A stretch of DNA of 64,000 bases from Candidatus Bathyarchaeota archaeon (GTDB lineage Archaea; Thermoproteota; Bathyarchaeia; Bathyarchaeales; Bathycorpusculaceae), in contig CAWHDT010000008.1 in the NCBI GenBank assembly GCA_963828195.1, positions 32,001 through 96,000 of the forward strand, written 5' to 3'. The notes under the pieces are model-generated. The model saw nothing but the letters and a program-made list of their open reading frames with translations, was not told where the DNA came from and did no database searches. Position numbers and translations under genes: made by a program. Below, in pieces: positions 27,126 through 36,565 of this stretch. Within the stretch, counting starts at the first letter, position 1. Each line of letters begins with the position of its first letter.

Positions 27126-29225
27126 TTAGGTTAGGTTGATTTCGCCTATTTGTGTCATGGTTGTTAGGTCGATCAGTTGTATTTCTGAGTTTGATATTGC
27201 GTAGAGTGTGTTGCCGATGTAGAGTGAGCGTGTTATCTCGTTGTTTTGTGTGTTGACGTAGCTTGTGCTTTCGTTGACGAATCCGTTGCTGTCCAGAATT
27301 GACGAGGGAAGTTGAGTTACGTTGCCTTGAAGTATAAACCCAGTGTTCAAGTTTAGGTTGAAGATGTAGGCTCCTTGCCAATATTCAGAGTAGGAGTTGA
27401 CAATCAGGTTTGGAACTGGAGTCATCACCTGGGGCGCTGCAGGGGGCAAAATCTCGCTGGTGCTGTTGTTGCTGCCTGTCGAGTTTACGTCGCCGATTGT
27501 CGTGTAATAGTAGTTGTTTATCGAAACTGGAATCACCAGCAGCTGGTTTTGGAGGCTAAAGAGGAAAGCGTGGGGATCGTTAAGCGCAGTCGAAGATGAG
27601 TAGTTCCCTACAACATTGTAGCTTGCTATCAGCGTTGGGTTATTCAGGTCTGAAACGTCGAAGAGCGCGAGTTTGAGGGTGTCGTTGACTTCGCCTATGC
27701 CGATAACGTGGGTTGCATCGTAGGGCTGCAGGTAGCTTGAGTAGCCTGGAAGAGAAAGTTCCCCTGCAACTGTGGGGGCAGTGGGGTTGCTTAAGTCAAT
27801 TACGAAGAACGGGTCAGTTTGATTCGATGTGACCAAGTAGCATGTGTTGTTGATGAATCGGGTTGCGTAGAGATTTTCGTTGGGCGCTAAACCCTCCAGT
27901 TCGCCGACGATTGTCAGGTTGGAGTCTAACACGTAAATGTTGTTTGATTCTGTGTTGCCTTGCCACAGGTTGGTTGCTACTCTGAAGTAGCCGTTGTACT
28001 CGTCCATGGAGTACTGGTTAACTGTGTAGCCTGGCACGTTACCTGCAGCTTCAAAAGTCAATTGGGCTCCACTGATGCCGAAGCTGTAAATCGAAGTGTA
28101 CTCGCCGTTGTCAGTGTATGTTGGGTAGGTTACGTACATGTTGTTTTGGGAAACGTACATTGTGCTGGCGCCCCCCATCATAACAGTCATGTTAGTTGGC
28201 TGCTGCGTATCGTCTGCGATGTTGATGCCGTAGAAGCTGGTGAAGGTGTAGTAGCTGGGCTGCACCATGTCAGTATAGTAAATAGCTGTTGCCGGAACGG
28301 CAGATTCACTGGCGCCATTGTAGATCTCTGGAAGAGGCACCGTGTTGTTGTAATTTGTAGCTGGCTGGCTGACAACAGCGTAGACGTAGTTCCCAATCAT
28401 TCGGGAGTCAAAGTAGCTGCCGCTGACTGTAAAATTCTGTGTTAAAACAGGATTAGCTTTGTCTGAAATGTCATAGACGTAAATGAAAGTGTAAACGTTG
28501 GCTTGATAAGCTGGAATCATCGGCATTGAAACGGCACCTGAAGCTGCCCCGCCCGAAGCGCTCGCCGCACCCGGCACAGCGATTAGCTCGTTATAAGGAA
28601 GAATTTGGTAATTGCTCCCTACAACCACAAGTTGGTTGCTGTCTGAGCTTAGGAACAACCCTGCTGGTTCAGTGTCGTTGCCCAGAGGAATTGTAGATAC
28701 AATCTGGGGGTTTTGCGGGTCAGCGCTTATGATGTAAACGGCGTTGCTTGTTTCCGAGTTGAAGCTTTCGAAATAGAACCCTGAGTTTTGAGTTGTGGTT
28801 ACAGTGTAAATGTATTGGCCGTCGGTTTTCACCGTGTCTGCTTCGTCAACTCCAGTAACCTGAACGTTTGTGGTTGAATAACTTTCAGTTGATTGACTGG
28901 AACTAGGGCTCAGCGCATTTGCGAAATTGCCTGTTGACGGGGAAGCCAGGGCTGGCTCGGGCACTGGAGGCTCTGAGCCGAAATACTGGGAGTCTAAAGG
29001 TCCCCCGCTAAAAGAGCTGGTTTGTTGCGACGTGTTGTTTATGTAGTTTGCGAGGTCCTGCATGGAAGAGAACGTTTTCAGTCCTGACACAGACGGAATT
29101 TGATTTTGCGGAAATAGCGACGGGGCTGACCCCAACGCGTAAATCATGCTTACTAAGATTATAGCTGAGAGCACTGCGACGGCTCCGTAAATTTTGGTTT
29201 TTCTCTTAACTTCTTTCTGTACCAT
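27126..29225 (-). CDS. Secreted beta-propeller domain protein (Beta_propel/COG4880-like)
   Basis: N-terminal TM; YSTTNVQVTGVDEADTVKTDG, NQYSMDEYNGYFRVAT, DPFFVIDL, PGYSSYL and LKLALFDV. Confidence 0.88.
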   Translation of the reverse strand: MVQKEVKRKTKIYGAVAVLSAIILVSMIYALGSAPSLFPQNQIPSVSGLKTFSSMQDLANYINNTSQQTSSFSGGPLDSQYFGSEPPVPEPALASPSTGNFANALSPSSSQSTESYSTTNVQVTGVDEADTVKTDGQYIYTVTTTQNSGFYFESFNSETSNAVYIISADPQNPQIVSTIPLGNDTEPAGLFLSSDSNQLVVVGSNYQILPYNELIAVPGAASASGGAASGAVSMPMIPAYQANVYTFIYVYDISDKANPVLTQNFTVSGSYFDSRMIGNYVYAVVSQPATNYNNTVPLPEIYNGASESAVPATAIYYTDMVQPSYYTFTSFYGINIADDTQQPTNMTVMMGGASTMYVSQNNMYVTYPTYTDNGEYTSIYSFGISGAQLTFEAAGNVPGYTVNQYSMDEYNGYFRVATNLWQGNTESNNIYVLDSNLTIVGELEGLAPNENLYATRFINNTCYLVTSNQTDPFFVIDLSNPTAPTVAGELSLPGYSSYLQPYDATHVIGIGEVNDTLKLALFDVSDLNNPTLIASYNVVGNYSSSTALNDPHAFLFSLQNQLLVIPVSINNYYYTTIGDVNSTGSNNSTSEILPPAAPQVMTPVPNLIVNSYSEYWQGAYIFNLNLNTGFILQGNVTQLPSSILDSNGFVNESTSYVNTQNNEITRSLYIGNTLYAISNSEIQLIDLTTMTQIGEINLT

Positions 29226-29280
29226 ACTTTTTTTCTCCTTGATAGGGTAAGTAAGATTTTTTATTTTATGCTACGTACGC

Positions 29281-29298
29281 GAACAGGTTGTTCTAACA
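29281..29298. promoter_or_regulatory. Palindromic operator-like site upstream of the beta-propeller gene
   Basis: GAACA-ggt-TGTTCTAACA; its reverse complement matches TGTTAGAACA-N3-TGTTC at 29797-29814. Confidence 0.6.
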
Positions 29299-29299
29299 T

Positions 29300-29746
29300 T
29301 TAGAATGGCCTCATCGCCCATACCCGATAAGCTTCATACCAGAATATTGCGCAGACGATTGCTCCAAACGAAAGAATAAACAGGTTGTCTCGGGTGAAAC
29401 CGCTAAACAAAACCGCCAAATACGCGATGTAGAAAACTGTGGAGAATAATGCATAAAAGAAGTATCTTGGAAAAAGCAGCTTGCCAAGCTTCACAAAGTG
29501 GCGAAGCACACCAATCTTCACTTCGCTAACCAGCGAGTAATGTCCCCCAATCTCCTGCTTCTGCACCAAACCCAACGCGCAAAGCTGTTCAAGATGGTGA
29601 AAAGCGATGCTTGGGCTGCTGAAATGCAGGGCACGTTGAACTTCGCGTACTCCGACGGGGCTGCCTGTTTTGAGAAGGAACCAGTAAACTTTCCATGCCT
29701 TACCGCGTAGTGCGTACTCGAGCTCTGTTTCTTCCTTCCCATTCAA
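29300..29746 (-). CDS. Membrane-anchored winged-HTH transcription factor
   Basis: VYWFLL...GVREVQRALHFSSPSIAFHHLEQL...GLV wHTH followed by two TM helices after PRYFFY. Confidence 0.85.
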   Translation of the reverse strand: MNGKEETELEYALRGKAWKVYWFLLKTGSPVGVREVQRALHFSSPSIAFHHLEQLCALGLVQKQEIGGHYSLVSEVKIGVLRHFVKLGKLLFPRYFFYALFSTVFYIAYLAVLFSGFTRDNLFILSFGAIVCAIFWYEAYRVWAMRPF

Positions 29747-29796
29747 CCAGCGGAACCCTCAGGGAACATACCTGGCTTGGAGCATATAAGTCCAAT

Positions 29797-29817
29797 TGTT
29801 AGAACAGCATGTTCTAA
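29797..29817. promoter_or_regulatory. Perfect palindromic operator-like site upstream of the wHTH gene TATA box
   Basis: TTAGAACA-gca-TGTTCTAA (8-3-8), just upstream of a minus-strand TTATAT box at ~29784-29789. Confidence 0.65.
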
Positions 29818-30251
29818 GCAGCATCATTAGGTTGCAGTTTGAAACGAATCGAATAAAGGTGGCTCACACGTTTGTTTCTAAATTATTGATTTTAGCTTCC
29901 CTAGATTTTTACGTATTAATTAGGGTTTATTTGGCGGAGCCCTACAAATTCGTGAGTTAATTATTTAGGCAGCGCTGTTTAGTTAACCGCTGGTGCTGAC
30001 TTTTGTTTTTAATGTCCTGAATGGGTGAATAGAATGCGCATTCCACATTTTGGGCATTCGTGATAAATTATTTGTTTTTGACTGTTACATTTAGGTTTCA
30101 TTTCAATGTAGCATGAAGGGCAAAGAGGGGCTTTACTCATGGCTTAGTCATCAATTCTTACAATGGTTTTGCCGATATAACTTTTACTGGAAGTCGGGCA
30201 GAGATATGTTGAGAAAAAATAGAGGGATAAAGAGAAGAACCGTTTAGTGCC

Positions 30252-30905
30252 TTAAGTTGTTGATTTGTTGTTTGCTTTGCCGTTTGGCATTCCAGGTGGC
30301 AGATCTGGGAAGTTTGAGCTGACTCTTTGTTCCGCGACGATTGCTGCTTCATCCAGGATTTTTGCTGCATCCTCGTTTACAGAGTTGAAGTTCAGTGACA
30401 TTCCGCTGCTTGTTCCAGCTTCAAACATTAAACCGCTCAGCATGTTGCCGATGTCGCCTAGTTCATTTTCTGCTTCGGGTAAAACACCGCATAATCCACC
30501 GCTGACGCTGCGGAGTACTCCAACGCATGGTCCTAATGCGGCAACGACATCTCCTAGCTCTGATACTGTCTTTATGCGTAGTGATACTTGGTCAAGTGCA
30601 AGTCTTGCGTTCATGACAAGCTTTGACATTTTGCGGATTTCAGCCAGTTCGTTAGCGTAAATGTTAGCGTGCGCCGTGTCATGTTGGGTGTATGCGTTAA
30701 CGAGTTTAGCGAATAGGCTCTTGTCTTTCTCGGTGAAACGTTCATTAGCTTGGTCGAGTTTGGCGATTTGCAAGTCAAGTTTTCTAACGGCTAAATCTAA
30801 AGCTGTCTTCAGCGGAACAGGTGGCGTAATTGTATTGCGTATTGTGCTGCCCATTGATTCTTCTTCTCTTTTCGGTTCCCATTTTTTAGCGAAATTCTCA
30901 GACAT
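30252..30905 (-). CDS. cdvB: ESCRT-III/Snf7 family protein (CdvB1/2-like)
   Basis: F.KKW N-terminus, ANIYANELAEIRKM, LGDV...L.P, LPEAENEL, EDAAKILDEAA.VAE and FPDLP. Confidence 0.88.
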   Translation of the reverse strand: MSENFAKKWEPKREEESMGSTIRNTITPPVPLKTALDLAVRKLDLQIAKLDQANERFTEKDKSLFAKLVNAYTQHDTAHANIYANELAEIRKMSKLVMNARLALDQVSLRIKTVSELGDVVAALGPCVGVLRSVSGGLCGVLPEAENELGDIGNMLSGLMFEAGTSSGMSLNFNSVNEDAAKILDEAAIVAEQRVSSNFPDLPPGMPNGKANNKSTT

Positions 30906-30997
30906 GTTAACATCCTCTTTAAATGATGATGCAACATCTTAGAGATTTAATTGTTGCTAACATGCACGTATATATGTGCAAAACAACACTGCGTTTT

Positions 30998-31858
30998 TCA
31001 CTTGAAAGTGCCAAAAATGTACGCAAGCAACCCAAAAATGAACCATAAAAGAACCAGGTTTTTTATGCGCCTAGAGTTTTCACGCGAATGATCCTTAAGC
31101 AAAAGCGCTGAAGAAGCAACCAGCCCGCAGTCAGTAACCAGAACAAACGGCACAAACCAAATCGAAACCAAACCTAAAAACCAAGTAACAGGCGTCAAAG
31201 CAACTGCAGAGATATAGAAAACGGTGGCTGAAATAGCAGCTTTCTTTTCTCCATAACGCACAGCTAAGGTTTTCACGCCTTCTGCGCTGTCGCCTTTGAC
31301 ATCAACTATGCCCTTAGTGATTTCGCGCCCTGTGTTTGAAAGAAAAGCCATAGATGCAAATAAAACCACGTTGAACTTTACAACGCCAAAGGCTACTATG
31401 CTGCCGTAAAGAAATGGAATAGCCACACAGACGCTGACTAAAAAGTTCCCAGGCAACCCACTTCGCTTGCCCACTGTAAGGTACGTTGCAGTTATAACCA
31501 AAGAAGCCGCCGCCACAACAAAACATAGGACACTTACCTCTAAAGCGAAAAAGAAGCCTACAGCGCAAAGCCCAACAACGAAAGCCAAAGCTTCGCGAGT
31601 TTTCACTGCGCCGCTTGGAATGGGGCGGGCTGGTTCGTTGATGGCGTCGATGTCGCGGTCATAATAGTCGTTGATAACCATTGCTGCAGCGCAAAAAGTG
31701 AAGCCTGTTAAGAAACCAAAGGTGACGCTTAGCCAGTTTAGTCCTCCAAATTGGGAACTGGCAAGAACTGCACCTACAAACACGGCGAAACCCATCATGA
31801 TGCAGTTTACCGGTCGCATTAACCGTATGAAGCCGCCAAGTTTGTTCATGCTGCTCAA
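30998..31858 (-). CDS. Digeranylgeranylglyceryl phosphate synthase (UbiA family)
   Basis: LMRPVN, INDYYDRDIDAINEPARPIPSG, GN, and REITKGIVDVKGD..GVKTL. Confidence 0.92.
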   Translation of the reverse strand: MSSMNKLGGFIRLMRPVNCIMMGFAVFVGAVLASSQFGGLNWLSVTFGFLTGFTFCAAAMVINDYYDRDIDAINEPARPIPSGAVKTREALAFVVGLCAVGFFFALEVSVLCFVVAAASLVITATYLTVGKRSGLPGNFLVSVCVAIPFLYGSIVAFGVVKFNVVLFASMAFLSNTGREITKGIVDVKGDSAEGVKTLAVRYGEKKAAISATVFYISAVALTPVTWFLGLVSIWFVPFVLVTDCGLVASSALLLKDHSRENSRRIKNLVLLWFIFGLLAYIFGTFK

Positions 31859-31931
31859 ACCATTTAACTGCTAAGTCTCTCCTCGACAAGCGTATAAAAG
31901 CTTATACATATTCTTCTGCATTTACACTCTA

Positions 31932-32191
31932 TCACTTGCAACGCCAACTGAGAACATTTGAACTCTCTGGCTTCTTGTAGAAATGCATTATAATCTCGTT
32001 CACTGCCATCTCATCATACTTGACCGATATAGACGTTCCCAGCAGCTTGACTTTTTCAGGTGTTGCTGCAGTGCAACTTCAAAGTCTCAGTTGCCGAAAC
32101 GGATCATCTGGATGTATTTCATGTTCTCAAACCGCTTGTGCCTTGGCAGTTTCTTTACGGTTAGGACGTTTCCTTTGTAATGGGCGATCAA
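31932..32191 (-). pseudogene. Remnant of a tyrosine recombinase/integrase (C-terminal catalytic part)
   Basis: Manual translation gives LIAHYKGNVLTVKKLPRHKRFENMKYIQMIRFGN*DFEVA/TAATPEKVKLLG...IMHFYKKP. This has the H...Y catalytic box and a tail recalled from archaeal integrases, with a stop and a frameshift. Confidence 0.6.
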
Positions 32192-32334
32192 AGAAATTAG
32201 AGAAAATCGTATTCTCGGTCGGCTGCGACTATCGCCTTTATTATCGGATCAAGCAAGAGTCCACTCAGCCCCAATCGTTTCTCAGTTGTTTTGTGGGACT
32301 AAAAAAAGGGAAAAAAGGGATTTGTTTTGTCGGT

Positions 32335-34869
32335 TTACGGGTGTTTTCTTGTCACGAGTAGTGCGACTATGGCAATGCCTACGATGAAGACAATGATCAT
32401 TGCGACGACTGCGTACATGACTGTGGTGTTTGAGGCTAATCCGCTAACTGGCGTTGCGGGTGCTACCGTTGGCGCTGGAGAGCTGGCGTAGAATCCTGTG
32501 GAAGCGGTAGATCCATAGTATGAATCTGTGCCTGCAAAGGTGGCGTATACAGTGAAGTTGCCGGCGATGTCAGGTGTCCATGTGAAGTAGTAGTCGCCTA
32601 AAGCATCGGTTGTTGTTGTGCCGATTGTTCGGTAATTACCGTTGGAGTCTAAGACTGAGAATGTAACTGGTACCCCCGTAGTGTTGGTTGGCATAGGCTG
32701 CTGTTCGTAGACTGCTTCCATGAACTGTGGCATGCTCGCGTCGGAAACGCATGGCAAGCCGTTGGGGAAGTTCGCTGCAACTGCTTCTTGCGATGCGCCT
32801 GCGGAGATGTCAGTCACTGAACCAGTAATTGTGATTGGTGTTGATGTTGACACTCCTATCTGCGGTGCACTTATCGTGGTTTTGCTTGGACCTTGACCGA
32901 AGCAGTAAAGTTGGTTATCATAGCCGTTGAATGTCACAAAGTAGCCGTCTGCGATGGCGTTGCCGCCAGCGTGTGCTTGAGCCATGAAGCCGTTTATAGT
33001 CCATACGACTTGTCCATTTGTAGCGTTAAGTGCGATAAACTGTGAACCATCGTATAGCGGGTCGCCGTGGCTGAGTCCTGTGCCCACAAAGAGTTCACCG
33101 CCGCCTAAGGTTAAGCTGTACAATTGCTCCAATAGATAGGTCGATGTGGGTGTTTGTAAACCGGCTGGTGGTGGTGTGTAAGTCCATAGTAGATTACCGT
33201 TGGTAAGATTGTATGCACTGACTGACCCTGGGGCTTGAATGTACCATACAGATCCGTCTGATGTTGAGTCTCTTGCGTCAGTGTCCCATGGATTAGTATC
33301 GGCTACCGTGGTAACCCACATCTGTGTGCCATTAAGCATGCTGAAGGCGTAGTATATGCCTGTCTGTTTGTTGTGTTCGATGTAAATTCCGTCTTGTGCG
33401 CTTTCCATCCATCCGCTTGACGTACCGCTAATTTGGGGAGTGGTGAGTCCTATTGTACGGTTTACATCCCATAGGAAATTGCCGGTCGTTGCATCGTAGC
33501 CTGCTTCCCATTGCCATGTCGTCGTGGCAGCTGTTCCAACCACAAGTACTGCGCCGCCATCTACGTATAGAATGGACACCGAGGCGGGCGTGCTCTCAGA
33601 GAATATGGGCACTGTCGTGTTGAACTGTACACCTGTTGTCCATTGCACAGTGGTTCCCAAAGTGAGAGGCCTGTATTCTCCTGATACACTGCCTGCAGTT
33701 CCGCTGTTAGCCCATAGACATTGTGTAGAGTTCCACATCTCGAGGTAACCATAGGTTTGGTTGATGACATGCATGGAGTATTGTAATATTTCGCCGTTTG
33801 GTCCCATTACGGTAGTTGACGTAGCTGCGCCTACGATGTTGAGTATCCATTCGCCTGTTGTTGCATCGTATAGTGATATTGTGGTGCCTGCCTGATTCCA
33901 GAGGTATGCGATGCCGCCTACTTCGTTGGGGTTGTGATGGGTGTACACTTCACCGTAAGTTATTCCTGTGACGTTCATGAAAAATTCTTGCTGTCCTGTT
34001 CGTAGGTTAACTGCGTATACGCCGGTGGCCGGTTGAATCCCTGAAGGTTTGTTATAATACATGATTCCGTTTATGATTACAGGTGGAACGAAGAATGGCT
34101 CATAGGATTTTCCCGTGTAATAGTTGCTTAAATCGTTCTGCTCACTTCCGCCGATTTGACCGCCAAATGCACCGCCATCCGGTTGAGTCCACATAATGTG
34201 AGGAGTCAGGGGCGCAGTCGTGTACGCGTTGTAGCTCTGCGAAACGAATTGTCCAGCCGTCAAGTCATATGAAGCGATGTCGCCATACCAGTTTCCCGAT
34301 ATTGATTGCCACTCTTGGTTTGTCCAGTAAACGGGGTTTGTCCAGTAGCTGGTTGGAAGGGGCGTTTGGGGCAGATTAGCTATAGGCAGCTGCTGTACCG
34401 TAATTGTGAAGGTTGCACTGCTGGGCTCATAAGACCTGTTAAGGTCTAAGCTTGCCGAGGTAATTACTTGTCCTGGGAAGTTGACTGTGAAAGTGTAGTT
34501 GCCGGTCACTGTTGGAGTGTAGTTAACGCCTATTGTTGCGGCGGCGCTTGCAGTATATGGTCCTAGCGTGGAATTTGCGCCCGTTGGGTCTGTTATTATT
34601 ATAGTGAACCCTGTCCAATATAATCCGGCGGCGCTAAGGTAGGTTCCTGTTAATGGGTCGAATTCGAGTAGCCATGCGTCAATGAAAACTGTCTGACCAA
34701 CTCCAACTGGGTTGGGGGAAACATCGATGTAAGCATTTGTCGGATAGCTACTTTGTGTAGTAGGAATTTGGGCATTAACGTTCGGATTTAGCATCATTGA
34801 AGCTGACATTGAGAATGTTAAGAATACTGCAATCGCAATAGCTGCAATTCTGTTTTTACTAATTTGCAT
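32335..34869 (-). CDS. Surface protein with PQQ-binding-like beta-propeller repeats and C-terminal TM anchor (paralogue A)
   Basis: Signal peptide; PNPVGVGQ Ig-like domain; PHIMWT...GG..GG; W-docking repeats; YDNQLYCFGQGPS; PCVSDASM; TM plus RKHP. Confidence 0.85.
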   Translation of the reverse strand: MQISKNRIAAIAIAVFLTFSMSASMMLNPNVNAQIPTTQSSYPTNAYIDVSPNPVGVGQTVFIDAWLLEFDPLTGTYLSAAGLYWTGFTIIITDPTGANSTLGPYTASAAATIGVNYTPTVTGNYTFTVNFPGQVITSASLDLNRSYEPSSATFTITVQQLPIANLPQTPLPTSYWTNPVYWTNQEWQSISGNWYGDIASYDLTAGQFVSQSYNAYTTAPLTPHIMWTQPDGGAFGGQIGGSEQNDLSNYYTGKSYEPFFVPPVIINGIMYYNKPSGIQPATGVYAVNLRTGQQEFFMNVTGITYGEVYTHHNPNEVGGIAYLWNQAGTTISLYDATTGEWILNIVGAATSTTVMGPNGEILQYSMHVINQTYGYLEMWNSTQCLWANSGTAGSVSGEYRPLTLGTTVQWTTGVQFNTTVPIFSESTPASVSILYVDGGAVLVVGTAATTTWQWEAGYDATTGNFLWDVNRTIGLTTPQISGTSSGWMESAQDGIYIEHNKQTGIYYAFSMLNGTQMWVTTVADTNPWDTDARDSTSDGSVWYIQAPGSVSAYNLTNGNLLWTYTPPPAGLQTPTSTYLLEQLYSLTLGGGELFVGTGLSHGDPLYDGSQFIALNATNGQVVWTINGFMAQAHAGGNAIADGYFVTFNGYDNQLYCFGQGPSKTTISAPQIGVSTSTPITITGSVTDISAGASQEAVAANFPNGLPCVSDASMPQFMEAVYEQQPMPTNTTGVPVTFSVLDSNGNYRTIGTTTTDALGDYYFTWTPDIAGNFTVYATFAGTDSYYGSTASTGFYASSPAPTVAPATPVSGLASNTTVMYAVVAMIIVFIVGIAIVALLVTRKHP

Positions 34870-35242
34870 TTTTCTTATCTCCTATAAGTTGTGATTACTA
34901 CTGGGATGGAATTAATTTATAAAGTTATGCATAATCGCTTCAAAAAGTGCTTTTTTCCGATTGAAAATTTCCATTTAATGAACTTTTACAGCCTTAAGCC
35001 TACTATAAAATATTTGCCTATGAAGGAGAGAAGTTTGAGCAATAAGAAGTAGTTACGACCAAATTTGAGCACCATTAAAAAAGTAGGGCTATCGACCACT
35101 TACTCTTCCTCAGCTAAGGCGAGCGATTGGGAAAACCTTCAATATTGTGGCATGTGCCTTAATAGATTGAAAATTTTACGAGAAATCTTATAAACGGCAT
35201 GGTAATTAGCATTTATGGTTCAACATTTAAAGGGAAACAAAT

Positions 35243-36274
35243 TTGGCTGACCAAGTAAAAATTGATGAAATCGACGCGAAAATACTGAAGATACTTCTTT
35301 CTGAATCCCGAACCAGTTTTACCGATATCTCCAAAGAATGTAAAATCACAGTAACTGCAATCAGAATGCGGTATAAACAATTATGGGAAAAAGAAGTAAT
35401 TAACGGCGAAAAAATGCTTGTTAACCCACATTGCTTGGGCTATCGTCATATTGTGGATTTAGGTATTACAACGACAGTTGAAAACGAAACAGAAGCAGCT
35501 AAGTTGCTTGAAAATAAACCGTATATTGCTGGGTTGGTAGGCCCATTTGGCAATTATAGCTTCTTTGGGAAAGTAGCTTTACGCGACCTCAATAAGCTGC
35601 ATGAGATAATTGAGGATTTAGAGTCAAACCACATCATCAAACATGTTGATGCTTTAATCTGGGCGGAAGCAGTAAACTTGGAGTTTCCGCAAAACCTAAT
35701 AATTAAACCTCTTGACAAGGATAATTTTCGAAGCAATCGTAAGTCTCTTTTAACTGATTTAGATAGGCCAGCAATACAGATTGATGAAATAGACAGAAAA
35801 ATCGCCAAAATTCTTTCAGAAAATTCGCGCGTTCCCTTCAAAAAAATTGCTCAAGAACTAGAACTATCTGTCAAAACGGTAATTCAAAAATACAAAAAAC
35901 TTCGGGGAAACCTGTTAACTCTCTCCACAATAACTCTTAACTTGAACAAACTTGGATACACCGCTCTTGGAAACATTTACATAAAAATTTCAAATCGAAG
36001 CAAAATGCCCGAAATCTATTCTAAACTGCTTCAGATCCCCAACTTGATAGTTATTATCAGGCTTATCGGTCAATATGATCTCTACTGCTCAGTTGCATTG
36101 GAAGATTTCGGCAAGTTGTTTGAAGCTGAAGAGAAATTAAGAAGAATAAGCGGTATCGAAACGGTGTTGGTTTACCTGACGAAAATGCCTCCATCGTGGC
36201 CGCTGAACTTGTTCCCTTCATTAATTGACAACGAAGCAATTCAACCAAAATACTGGCCCACCGAAACCAAGTAG
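35243..36274 (+). CDS. Tandem (duplicated) Lrp/AsnC family transcriptional regulator
   Basis: Two HTH+RAM units starting IDEIDAKILKILLSESRTSF and IDEIDRKIAKILSENSRVPF. Confidence 0.9.
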   Translation: MADQVKIDEIDAKILKILLSESRTSFTDISKECKITVTAIRMRYKQLWEKEVINGEKMLVNPHCLGYRHIVDLGITTTVENETEAAKLLENKPYIAGLVGPFGNYSFFGKVALRDLNKLHEIIEDLESNHIIKHVDALIWAEAVNLEFPQNLIIKPLDKDNFRSNRKSLLTDLDRPAIQIDEIDRKIAKILSENSRVPFKKIAQELELSVKTVIQKYKKLRGNLLTLSTITLNLNKLGYTALGNIYIKISNRSKMPEIYSKLLQIPNLIVIIRLIGQYDLYCSVALEDFGKLFEAEEKLRRISGIETVLVYLTKMPPSWPLNLFPSLIDNEAIQPKYWPTETK

Positions 36275-36421
36275 CACCAGGGTAAATACAAAATCTTTCC
36301 GGCGATCGATCTCGCTATTAACCGAGTGTTATGGCTGCGATCGTTTCTTGAGCTAATTATTAAATTAGCTATTGTTCATAAATAAACTAATTTCTGCAAC
36401 CAAATAAAGACAAAATTTCTC

Positions 36422-36565
36422 TTTTCTACAAAGTTTATAAGCAGGTGGTAACAAAAAAATTGATTGAGTTAGAAGCATTAATGCTCGCGCGTGCTAAATT
36501 TCTTGTTCAACAGTTCGTGCGTTTATGCTTTTTTGCTCAATAAAAATGAAATTGAGGAAAGAAAA
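36422..36565 (+). promoter_or_regulatory. Promoter plus hairpin 5' leader shared with paralogue C
   Basis: ttttctacaaagtttataagca vs ttttctgcaaagttttttaagca (53008). Leader stem AUUGAGU...GCUCAAU. Both end ttgaggaaa(a)gaaaaATG. Confidence 0.6.

Noticed and set aside
30252-30905. Complete Cdv division operon
   Set aside because: Only one ESCRT-III gene is present, with no cdvA or cdvC adjacent. Stand-alone paralogues are ordinary.
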